From Octopus vulgaris (lineage: Eukaryota): a stretch of DNA of 64,000 nt. This document shows positions 38,546 to 50,523 of the stretch, piece after piece. A program made the translations under genes and the position numbers. The stretch lies in contig OX597824.1 in NCBI GenBank assembly GCA_951406725.2, positions 99,200,001-99,264,000 on the forward strand. Reading direction: 5' to 3'. The notes under the pieces are model-generated. The model did not search any database. It was not told where the DNA came from and was given only the letters and a program-made list of their open reading frames with translations. Every line of letters starts with the position of its first letter. Within the stretch, counting starts at the first letter, position 1.

Positions 38546-38989
38546 ACAGGTCCACTCATAAAAGCCTTGCTTAATCCATTCACTCATAATTCCACTCAGC
38601 CTATTTTAGAATGTATTATCTCACAATTTATGTGTTTTTAACTAAAGTATGTGTTTGCATACATTTAAGTGGTTTACAATATAAAATACCCAGCGTGTCA
38701 TCCATTGTCCTCGGCAAGACTTCTATGTTAACTCACTGACCAGCTTGATGAAATTTTTTCACACCTGCCTTTTTCTTGTCTCTAGCATCCCTTTTTCTTG
38801 TAAAAGTCCCTGCATGTTGGACATTAGCTCATTCGGTTATTCACTTGCTAACTGACAAGTATAAAATATTGAACTCTGATATCAGTTGTCACCACTTTGT
38901 CCCTTCTCCTGAATACGGAATATAACTATTCACGTTTCAATGTATTTTCTCAGAGACTTAACTACTCTCATCCCTATTTTTTGCTTGTC

Positions 38990-39235
38990 AATCTGTGTAA
39001 ATGAGTTGAGAAAAAATTGGGTATTAGAGACATGATGTGTAACCTGCAAGGAAAAAGACTGAACTGTATGGTCATGTGAGGCATATGAATGAAGATAGCC
39101 GTATGGTGAGCCGATCTCTAAATGAGGAGGTGTCCTGTGGAAGGCGAGGGATGAAATGATGAAAAGCTATCTTCAAATGCTGAGCATCACATCAGAGATG
39201 ATAGGTGATTTGCTGTGCTTGAGAAGACCCATCCA
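38990..39235 (+). mobile_element. Decayed RTE ORF2 3' end
   Basis: LREKIG..YGHVRHMNEDS..gagaagacc. Confidence 0.6.
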
Positions 39236-40027
39236 CTTAACTGAAAATCAAGGCTACAAAAGCAAGTCATTTATATCTATGTACCCAGCCCCTCACGCAA
39301 TCTGACAAACCTTTCCTCTACAACTTACACATCTACCCCCTGGCCCCACCCATGTTCACTCACTTTAATTAGTGATTCATCACAACTTCAGTGGGTCGTT
39401 TAGGGTTTAATCTTTGCTGAAAGAAGACTGAGCATGTCCACAAATGTCTCCTTTACTTGCTAAAAAGATTTAAATAATATTCATCATTGAGCTCAAATTT
39501 TTTAGCAGTATTTCGTTCTGAGTTCAAATCCCATCAAAGTCAATTTTACCTTTTATGTCTTTCAGATCAATAAAATAAGCACTGGGGTCAATGTAATCAA
39601 CTAACCCCCCCACCATCACCACCACCACACTCTGCCAAAATTGCTGGCCTTGTGCCAAAATTAGAAACCAATATTAATCATTGAGCTAATGTTGTCTTTT
39701 CCTCACTGCATAATTATTTCTACGTAGATTTATGAGTTACAACTTATATAATACAGCCAGAACAAACCTCTTAATTTAGTAAAAAAAGATCATAAATTTA
39801 TCTGACTTTCATTCAAACATGTTGAAAATAATACAAACCATGCTGAAATGAATTAAATGGATTGAGAATAAAAATAAAACCCAAAGAATAATAGTTATTG
39901 TGATTCTTGTATCGACCAACTAAAATATTGCAGTTGTCATATGACTGAATTTATTATTATTTATCTCTTCTCCGGTCTTGATGACATAAGAGTGATATAA
40001 ATTGTTGCTTCTTTCAATCAACAGTCT

Positions 40028-40122
<95 letters not shown>

Positions 40123-40131
40123 CACAACATA

Positions 40132-41392
40132 TTGGATCATCCCATAAATAATGCAGCTTTTTTATACTTCTTTATTTTTCAAAAAGAGATAAGCAAAATT
40201 CTTTTTTAATTGAAAATATACTCTCCTTCATTTTCTACAATACTCTTCCATCTATCTGATAGACTTTCAAGGCCCCTCTTCCAAAATTCACTTGGCCATA
40301 ATGAAAAATACTTCTCCAGTACTGATCTACAGAATTCATATTTTTTCCGTCCAAATGATTTTGATGACTGCGATATAAATGATAATCAGATGGGACAATG
40401 TCCAGTGAATAGTGTGGGTGAGGTATCATTTCCCATTCAAACTGCTCCAGTCTTTGGGATGTCATCCTCACTGTATGGGGCCAAGCATTATCCTGATGGA
40501 AGAACACCTTTCGTCATGAAACCAAAGATGGTCGTTTTACTTCTAGCAATGAAGCGGCTCACAATAGATCTCCTTTGTTATCATTTGGTTTGGCTTTAAA
40601 AGTTCAAAGTAGACTAAACCTTTCATATCCCACCAAACAGTTAACAACTCCTTATGTGGATGAAGATCTCCTTTAGCCTGGGGTGCCAGTGTTTCTCCTT
40701 TCCCTACCCACTGTCTTTGCTGCTTGACATTTTTATAGAGAACCCATTTCTCGTCACCAGTCACTATTGGGTCCAAAAAAAGGTTCATTCATGAGATGTG
40801 GCAGCAAAGAAGAGCACATATTCACTATCTGCACATGATTAGACTCAGAAGGTTTGTGAGGAACCCATTGACCCAATTTGCTGACTTTTCTGATAGCATA
40901 CAGGTGTCAATGAATGGTTGAGTGACCAAATCCAAGCGTCTCTGCTAGTTCAACAGTTATGATGGGATTTTGTTTCACCAGGGTATGCAGGACGTCCTTG
41001 TCAAGCTCTACAGATCTTCCTGAATGAGGGTCATCTTCTAGGCTGTAGTTTCTGGCTCAGAATTTCTGGACCAACTGTTGACACTGGCTTATGCTTATTG
41101 TCCAATCCCCGTATATGGCTTTAATACTCCTTGCACCTTCTGTTGCACTGTTGCCTTTATTGAACTCATAATGCAAAATATGTCGAATATGCTCCTTTGT
41201 CACTTCCATTATAGCTTTGAAAAAAAATAACTTAAAATCGAACTGCACTCTCCAAAACTTGCACTAAGAATAAGTACAAGGTAAAATTACTACCTACTTT
41301 TATAGCAAGTTGATGCAGGTAGTTTATCCCATCCCCCTCCAACTTTTAGTTCATGCAATTGAAAAAACTGCAGTATTTATGGGATGACCCAA
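40132..41392 (-). mobile_element. Full-length dead mariner (DD34D), copy A
   Basis: TIRs ttggatcatcccataaataatgcag / ctgcagtatttatgggatgacccaa, TA TSDs; MEVTKEHIRH, WVPH, IVTGDEKW, HQDNAWPH, YSLDIVPSDY. Confidence 0.95.
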
Positions 41393-42049
41393 TAAACATG
41401 CATTTGAACTCGGCATCTAGTCTGACTGTCTACGTTCTAAAGGTAACACCTGCAACAAAATTGGTGTGAAGGTCCATTGCAAGGGAATTTGGTAGGTGGA
41501 AACTATATAGAATCCCCTCATATGTGTGTGTAAAATATGCATGTTTGTGTGTATTCATTTGATAACCAGTGTTGGTTTATTTACATCTCCATAACTTAGC
41601 AATTCTGTAAAAGAGAGCCATGGAACAAGTACAGTCTCAATTTAATTGATTAAACCCTTCAGTGATGCTCTAGTATGGCCACTATCCAATGACAGAAGCT
41701 GGCAAAAGTGAATGTGTGTGTGTGTGTGTAGGCATAGTTTTGGTGCTACTCACTCAAGAATTGTAGATTATCAGATTCCCTTTTCTGCAGTTCGAGAGTC
41801 CTTCCCTTGGAACCACTTCCTTTTATCACTCATCCTTTTATTGTCAGAACCATCCATTACCATTTCATTTTCTACTGCGCACTCCTTCTCCTAGAACACC
41901 CTCTCAGATCTGCCTTTCACAGCCACCCACCACTTTTGTCTATCATCACTCACTATTTCCACCCCTGCAATCCTCTCACCTACATCTCTGTCAGTGTGTA
42001 CCCCATACTGTGGCTCCCTCATCAGCCAATTTCTTTAGCCATTGCCACT

Positions 42050-43420
42050 TCATCTCGTGTCTTCCTAAGTCTCCCTCTGCATGCTCCAATCACATCAAGT
42101 ACTCAGCCCTTCTTTGTACAGCTGCCCTTGTCCATATGCATCACATACCTCTAACAACACTTGTCTTCTTTCTTTCACACTGCATCTGACCCTCTCGTGC
42201 CCAGTTTTTCTCGCAACACACTTGTACCTTGCTGTTCATGCACACATACATTGCATGTGCAGTGAACAGGCTAGATTAATCTCTTTTAGGGTTTTTGAGT
42301 CCTTTGCATTCAAGGTCCATGTCACATGACCATTCAACATAATGGTTCAAACACAAGTTTCATATAATCTATACTTTACACTCTGAGAGGAAAGACCTTT
42401 GTTGCCAGCAACAGTGGAAAATCCCTGAATTTTTCCAAACCCTTCTTACCTTGACTGCTTTACTTTCAAAGCAACCATCTCTCCTACACACCAAAATCTA
42501 TCAACTACTTTTACTGCTGCTGCTACTCTGAGTACGTTCTGCTGCATCTGTCAAAAGTGAAGCAGACTTTCTTTGTTAGTCTGGCTATGATTCCACTACA
42601 TCTCACAACATATAGAGTTTATACCTACTCCTTTTCTGCATATCAAGCAAGGTCATTTCTCTGAAGGTACCAGAATCCTGTCTTCTTCCCTACTTCTAAA
42701 ATACTTGTCTTTGCTAAGATAACAATGGGTCCTCTTGATTCTAGGAGTCCTTCCTGGTTTTTTCCTTGCCTGTCTCTTAGCTTTTACTGTGTCATATCAA
42801 CTGTGTCATTCCACCATCATGTCACCTTCAGCTTGGCTGGAATTTTGCTCCATTCATATGCCTGAGTTGCTGCTTATTTCACAGAAATTCCCAATTGTCA
42901 TTTATTGCTACAGATATCTTAACCCTTTCTTCCTACAATCATTATGCATCAGTTTGAATTTCTCCAAACCTCCAAAGTGTCCCTGTCTTTTAGCTTCTCT
43001 GTCTTCTTCTTAACATCTGTTTTTGTGCCTCCCTAGTTCTGACTCTGAGGTCATTAACCACCAATCTATGTTTCGTGCTACATTCTTTGCCAGGAAAAGT
43101 TTTCCTCTTTACAATGGCCCTTCTGCCCACTATTCTGGTGTGGATGAAATCTGACCTGTGTCCACCAGATTGCTAGATGGTGAGGTTTCTGAAAGTGTGA
43201 GGTTTCTGAAAGTAACTAAATCAGTTGCATCATGGGTGGAGCATTCTACCTTCCTCACTTCTTGAACCATGTCTACAGCCTCCATCTATCTCACGAAAGC
43301 CAAAACTGTGTTGGCAAACGTGTTCATTTGAGGTTGCCAACAACAATAATGAAGACACCGTCAACCATTGAGGTAGTCTTTTAGAAGGGGTCTTTCTGTT
43401 TTTCAGCCAATCCTGCCTGT
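42050..43420 (-). mobile_element. Heavily decayed, internally deleted RTE LINE
   Basis: APE-like EGRML..FRKP..SGG..DF near 43150-43280; decayed PHD-like and RT C-terminal sequence 42050-42740. Confidence 0.55.
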
Positions 43421-44816
43421 GGGTGGATGCAAAGATAAATGTTGTGCAGTTGTAACTAGTTGCATTGTAATTATCCCATCAGACACTGATTACTTCAATT
43501 TCTTTATCCATTTCTCAGTTAACAGTATGTCTACCTCACCCACTCATACTTGCCCAAAAGAACTTGTACCCATGTCCCATTTATGTGAGGAGTTTGTGTG
43601 TGTGTGTGTGTGTGTAATTGTTATAAGTGATGGAAGCAGTATTAGTTCAGAATAGCATTCTGTAAATCTTACTTAATGTGGATATACTGTAGAAAGTGAC
43701 ACTACTAAAGTATTTGTCGTGAGAAAGCATCTTGTATAGACAGAGAGAAAAAGGAGAGAAAGAAAATGAGAGAGTTGCACCAGCAGTATTTGGTCAGCAC
43801 TCATTCTCTCCCTCACTCACTCTCCCCCTCTCTCTCTCTCCCTCCCTTTCACCACTCCCTCTCTCTTCAGCAATTACATTTTGCATGTATTGGTGGGTAA
43901 AAGGCACTCAACCTACAAGATACAACAACCCAATCTCCCTAAAATCATTCCCTAATATTTTTTTTAAAAAGCACACTTTAGACAATGAAAAAAAGCAGTG
44001 GTGGTCATGACTAGATTGTCTCAATACAAAAGTTTGTTCAATGAGGGCTGACTTGGGGTTGAATAACAATCATTGGGAACGTATTGTGTGACACAGTTGT
44101 GTGTCTGTTAGTCATCCTCTTGTTTAACAATGGAAGCTGATTCTTGAGCAATTAAAGTTGAGGAAATTAGTAATGAACTGCCATCACTTAACCAATTTCT
44201 TCTCTCATCTCACTTCCGAGCAAATACACTTTCTTAAGCTCTTAGAATCTAAATTTTGTGCCAGAATATGTATGACACATTTTAACAGCTCCCTATTTAA
44301 CGACTCTTTGCCACAAGACCTATATTTAGAACCTTAGGCAACACACTGTACACCACTGGTCTTCTGATTCACTCGCCTTTGGACAGTTGCAGGAAATATC
44401 CGATTCTGTGGCAATTCTTCTCCCTTCCTGTACCTCTCAGTCAGTTCTTAGTGCCTTTAATAGAGAGATAGGTACAGGAGGATAATTCGTATTTTGCAGT
44501 TTACTAAACCAACATTGCAATTAATTCATATATCACATTGGGTCTTTTCAAAGTCTGACTCATGTCAGCCATTTTGATCTCAATGACTGTTGATTTCAAG
44601 TGAGCAACAGGTGTCAGGGCTTGTATCACAGGAAACCGTTTTACTCACTGCTAACAGTTCACGAACAAAGGAAATATTCTTTCTTTTTTTTTTCTTCTTT
44701 TTTTCAGTAGTTTCTCAGATAAAATACATTCCATAATCTCAATAACTGGCTTTGGTTAATTCAAATCTCTTTTTACATTCACCATTGTCTAGGTGGGGGT
44801 GGCATCTGTTGTGGGG

Positions 44817-45001
44817 CTTCTTCTTCTTCTTCTTCTTCTTCTTCTTCTTCTTCTTCTTCTTCTTCTTCTTCTTCTTCTTCTTCTTCTTCTTCTTCTTCTT
44901 CTTCTTCTTCTTCTTCTTCTTCTTCTTCTTCTTCTTCTTCTTCTTCTTCTTCTTCTTCTTCTTCTTCTTCTTCTTCTTCTTCTTCTACTACTACTACTAC
45001 T
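44817..45001. repeat. (CTT)~56 followed by (CTA)~5
   Basis: Direct read. Confidence 0.97.
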
Positions 45002-45653
45002 CATGTATTTAACACTGAAAGTAATTCGTTCCTACCACAGCACTGTGGTCAGCCTGGCTGAGTCATACTAAGTAGGATGCACTAGTTTCTTTCTTTACTA
45101 ATTGGTGTAATTAGTGAAGTCACTGATAGATTTATTGTGGTCAGTCAAGTGGAAGGAGTCATTAAGAAGTTGGTGAAGAACATGGCTAAGATCACATGAC
45201 AAAGGATTCTGTTTGAAGTGGCCAGAAAGCAATTCCTTCTCATCATTTCTAAAGTGCTGGGAATTCTTTAGTTGTTGTTTAACACCAGGCCAGCACTAAT
45301 GTGGTAGACCGATGATCAAAGATATTCCAGCCGTAACCATTTCATCTTTTATTGATTGTACATCTGGAACAACATTATCCAATGTGTCCTCTCTTTTTTT
45401 TAGATAACAGGATGTGATTAGAAGAAGAATTAGCTGGCTGCAATTTCTAGCCTCTTGTATAAGCAGAGAGAGGCTTCCTTATTGACTTACTCATTGGAAT
45501 GGCAGCACAAACAGCATGTGACTTGTAGGAGGAACCAACCCTGAAGACTTCATCAAGGAGCAAGTTGTCAGCTTCATGAAATCTCTCTCCAAACTATATT
45601 GGAAGGAAGAACTAAACTCAACCCTGTAGTTTAACTGAGCAACACTAATTGAT

Positions 45654-47497
45654 AGAAGGAAGAGCAAAAGCTAAGAGAGAGGGAGGTGAGAGAAAGAAGA
45701 GTAGAAGCTAAGAGAGAGGGAGGTGAGAGAAAGAAGAGCAAAAGCTGAGAGAGAGGGAGGTGAGAGAAAGAAGAGCAAAAGCTAAGAGAGAGGGAGGTGA
45801 GAGAAAGAAGAGTAGAAGCTAAGAGAGAGGGAGGTGAGAGAAAGAAGAGTAAAAGCTGAGAGAGAGGGAGGTGAGAGAAAGAAGAGTAAAAGCTAAGAGA
45901 GAGGGAGGTGAGAGAAAGAAGAGTAGAAGCTAAGAGAGAGGGAGGTGAGAGAAAGAAGAGTAGAAGCTAAGAGAGAGGGAGGTGAGAGAAAGAAGAGTAA
46001 AAGCTAAGAGAGAGGGAGGTGAGAGAAAGAAGAGTAGAAGCTAAGAGAGAGGGAGGTGAGAGAAAGAAGAGTAAAAGCTAAGAGAGAGGGAGATGAGAGA
46101 AAGAAGAGTAAAAGCTAAGAGAGAGGGAGATGAGAGAAAGAAGAGTAAAAGCTAAGAGAGAGGGAGGTGAGAGAAAGAAGAGTAAAAGCTAAGAGAGAGG
46201 GAGATGAGAGAAAGAAGAGTAAAAGCTAAGAGAGAGGGAGATGAGAGAAAGAAGAGTAAAAGCTGAGAGAGAGGGAGGTGAGAGAAAGAAGAGTAAAAGC
46301 TAAGAGAGAGGGAGGTGAGAGAAAGAAGAGTAGAAGCTAAGAGAGAGGGAGGTGAGAGAAAGAAGAGTAAAAGCTAAGAGAGAGGGAGGTGAGAGAAAGA
46401 AGAGTAGAAGCTAAGAGAGAGGGAGGTGAGAGAAAGAAGAGTAAAAGCTAAGAGAGAGGGAGGTGAGAGAAAGAAGAGTAGAAGCTAAGAGAGAGGGAGG
46501 TGAGAGAAAGAAGAGTAAAAGCTGAGAGAGAGGGAGGTGAGAGAAAGAAGAGTAAAAGCTAAGAGAGAGGGAGGTGAGAGAAAGAAGAGTAGAAGCTAAG
46601 AGAGAGGGAGGTGAGAGAAAGAAGAGTAAAAGCTAAGAGAGATGGAGGTGAGAGAAAGAAGAGTAGAAGCTAAGAGAGAGGGAGATGAGAGAAAGAATAG
46701 TAAAAGCTAAGAGAGAGGGAGATGAGAGAAAGAAGAGTAAAAGCTAAGAGAGAGGGAGATGAGAGAAAGAAGAGTAAAAGCTAAGAGAGAGGGAGGTGAG
46801 AGAAAGAAGAGTAAAAGCTAAGAGAGAGGGAGGTGAGAGAAAGAAGAGTAAAAGCTAAGAGAGAGGGAGGTGAGAGAAAGAAGAGTAAAAGCTAAGAGAG
46901 AGGGAGGTGAGAGAAAGAAGAGTAAAAGCTAAGAGAGAGGGAGGTGAGAGAAAGAAGAGCAAAAGCTAAGAGAGAGGGAGGTGAGAGAAAGAAGAGTAAA
47001 AGCTAAGAGAGAGGGAGGTCAGAGAAAGAAGAGCAAAAGCTGAGAGAGAGGGAGGTGAGAGAAAGAAGAGTAAAAGCTAAGAGAGAGGAGAGAAAGAAGA
47101 GCAAAAGCTAAGAGAGAGGGAGGTGAGAGAAAGAAGAGTAAAAGCTAAGAGAGAGGGAGATGAGAGAAAGAAGAGCAAAAGCTAAGAGAGAGGGAGGTGA
47201 GAGAAAGAAGAGTAGAAGCTAAGAGAGAGGGAGGTGAGAGAAAGAAGAGTAGAAGCTAAGAGAGAGGGAGGTGAGAGAAAGAAGAGTAGAAGCTAAGAGA
47301 GAGGGAGATGAGAGAAAGAAGAGTAGAAGCTAAGAGAGAGGGAGGTGAGAGAAAGAAGAGTAAAAGCTAAGAGAGAGGGAGATGAGAGAAAGAAGAGTAG
47401 AAGCTAAGAGAGAGGGAGGTGAGAGAAAGAAGAGTAAAAGCTAAGAGAGAGGGAGGTGAGAGAAAGAAGAGTAAAAGCTAAGAGAGAGGGAGGTGAG
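45654..47497. repeat. 37-bp purine-rich minisatellite, about 50 copies
   Basis: Unit agagaaagaagagtaaaagctaagagagagggaggtg; period 37 (gcta at 45670 and 45707). Confidence 0.97.
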
Positions 47498-47927
47498 TAG
47501 GCAGCTAGATGACAGTTGTTGATGATGATACTGAATAGAAACAGCAAGATGATGAGGTTAACAAAGGAGTGAGTAATGGAAGAAAGACCCAGACTGATCT
47601 AATAAATCCCCATCGCTTTCTACACAACCCTGATGATAATGAGGATCATTAAGTAGAAGATATCAGATAGCTACGTATAGCATACGAAATTTATAACACC
47701 CTACATTTAGATCATCATTTTTAACCCATTTTCCCATGTTAGCATGGCTTGGATGACTTGTTAGAGTACAAGACAGTTCTTATTTAGAGTTAATGCCCTC
47801 CTAGATAGGTTAGGAATTGCATACACATATATACACTCACACACATACATGCACTCACACACATACCTGCATACATGGATGTATACACACACACACACTC
47901 TCACACAACCAGTGAAAATATAAAATA

Positions 47928-47972
47928 AGCTGATCGAAATCCTTCGTCACTAATTAAAACTCATCAGGAACT
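47928..47972 (-). ncRNA. Degenerate hammerhead-like motif
   Basis: CTGATGA-gtt-ttaattagt-gac-GAAg-gatttcgatc; GAAA box mutated. Confidence 0.3.
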
Positions 47973-49179
47973 CTTGGACGTGGAATTTCTTTTTCAAATC
48001 TGAAACTTTCGCTATTCCACTTTTTCCTCACTGTTTATGCACCAGCTCAAAGGAATGGGCATTGATGTCAGTATATTTAGTTGTCATGGTTACCATGCCA
48101 GATTTGTATTGGGTATACCAGAGGTTGTTGTTATTTAACCCTAGGTCAACCCTGATCCAGCAGGTTATTCAGTGATCTGTGCTGTTCTACACATGCTATC
48201 TCATTTTATTCTCACATGCACAGAAAATATATTTGCATTATCAAATATCTCCTTTTCTCGGAGAGGAGTTTGTGATTTCAGAGAGATTTGGTTGCTATTT
48301 GACTATCATTTAGAGTTTGAACCCATATTTTGTGTTGCATGGCAGTGAACAATGGAGTAAGCTTAGACATTGCTAAAGAAAATATTTAAACACCCACCAA
48401 CTGTCTTTATAAATAATGTAGAAAATAAAAAGTAAGACTGACTGTCCATTGGTATGAGGGCAATATGTGAAAGGAGGAGGAAACGACAGTGAGGATGCCT
48501 TGTATTTAGTCTTTTTACATTCTGAATTCCTATTTTGCCATTATCAATTCTACTTTTTATTCTTATATATTGATAAAATAAGTACCACATCATCATGTAC
48601 TAAAACTTTTAACTATGATATGAAAGTGATTTTGTCATATTAATGAGATAAATGTTGGATGATTGAGGAAAATAGTCATTCATTTTTCATCTATCATTGG
48701 TTTTATTGATAAAAGCTTTAATGGAATGCAACCGTTCCAAGGAAAGAAAACAAAGTATTATCAGAGATTTCTGATTATAGAAGTAGACTGTTAAAAGAGA
48801 AACCAAATATGCTTGTGAAGGAGATGACTCACCTAATGTCGGGGTAGCCAGTTCCTTTTACAGCACAGTATTTTGATGGTTGCAACTATGGAAACTCTGC
48901 CAAGTGTAAGAATTTGCTGGCCATTCTTCTTTGCTACTCATATTGTCAAGCTCTTGACGTAGAGACTGTCAGCCTGTCAAGCTCTTTAGACAAACTGCAT
49001 ATAGTTTGATCAAAGCTTCACTGATTAGCAATCAACAACTGTTTTTATTGGTGTCAGTCAATGAATACAATGTGTTGGGCATTATTGGTTAGTTTTTTTA
49101 TGATGTCAACCCTAAATTTGAAAAATCCAGTTTTTTGGTTATGGAAACTTTCCTAATTCAAAAACAAACACTCCAGGTT

Positions 49180-50310
49180 CGAATTAAGGCAAGGAATGGC
49201 TACAGGTTCATATGAATTTTGCAGCTGGACGCCCTTCTTTACTCCAACCACTTTACATTGAGAACTGGCTGCTGTTTTTAACTTGCTGCCTGCACTATTG
49301 AGGTCACCATGCAGTTCACAAGACTAAAGACTCTGGGGTGGGAGGTGGGTCAGCTTCATGCTCGGGGATGAGGGGATGGGGGCAGAGCAGGTACTTATGG
49401 TGGGATCTGCATGGGAAATAGGGGGAAATGATCAGTAGGAGCTGCAAGACTTAGATATGGTGAAAAGGTACCCAGGTGGCCCCACAAGGCACAAACTGAA
49501 TAACAGTGGCTGAGTAAGTGGTTTGGGGAGGTGGAGAGACTGGTGAGATTAAGGGGAGGATGATGGGGTATACAAGTAGCAGGAGTAGTAAAGATGGCAC
49601 TGTTGTTGGGGAGGGAAAGGAAAAGAGGGAGGGAGGGGGAAGGGGTAGACATAGTGCATGAGGGGAACGAGAGTCACTGTAAGGGCTGGGAAACCCAAAA
49701 TATGGCTCTATCTTGACTCAGTTTTGCTGAGGAGGGCAAATCTTTTTGAGAACCTCATATTACCAGGGATCCAGATCCTTTGTCATCTAATCCATCAGGC
49801 TCATCCCATGCCTTCCTGGCCCTCTCCTTCCAGCCACATTAAGTGAGTGGCACTTCTTTATGCAGCTGTCCTCATTCATACGCATCACATGGCCATCCCA
49901 TTTCATTCTTCTTTCTTTATCACAACATCTGACTTCTCTTACACCCAGTTTTTCAATTAGCACCTTTCTACAAACTTTCACACACACACACACATTACAC
50001 ATCCAATGTTCAATTCATTTCTATCTCAAGTCCTCTGCATTCGAGGCCCATGTCTCACAACCATGCAGCATTACAGTTCTAACCCAAGCATCATACAATC
50101 TGCCCTTCACTTTTAGGGAAGATCTTTGCTATCTCAGCAGGGGTAGTAGGTCCCTGAACTCTTTCCAACCAGTCCTTACTCTAGCAGCTATACTTTCAGA
50201 GCAGACACCTCCCTAGGTAACAAAAGCAATCAACTACTTCTAACGAGCCATTTGGGCAATTAAGAAACTCAGTCTCAAGTATACTTACACATACTGCCCA
50301 ACATATGAAG
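49180..50310 (-). mobile_element. Diverged RTE 3' portion with long C-rich UTR
   Basis: LEVVDCFCYLG, ETWA, WDGHVMRMNEDSCIKKC; tail remnant 49180-49290. Confidence 0.75.
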
Positions 50311-50488
50311 CTTGCATTCTCAGTCTGCCAGTGGTACGCATATACTATGATGGCTACTAATATATCTGTGTGTGTGTGTGTATATATTTAATCACCTTCC
50401 TTTGAAATTGTATGGATAATACCGTACTAAATTCTGGTGCCTCAACTTAAGTACCATATTCATCAGGATATAAATTTTTGCTGAACTC

Positions 50489-50523
<35 letters not shown>

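Noticed and set aside
44752-45071. Poly-F/R/L ORFs
   Set aside because: Translations of (CTT)n
45654-47497. CRISPR-like array (37-bp period)
   Set aside because: Units are contiguous with no unique spacers, there are no cas genes, and the context is eukaryotic
47630-47665. CTGATGA followed by a taatga/tcatta hairpin as a hammerhead
   Set aside because: No GAAA box after the stem; CTGANGA hits at ~22305, ~23253, ~53157 and ~56147 fail similarly
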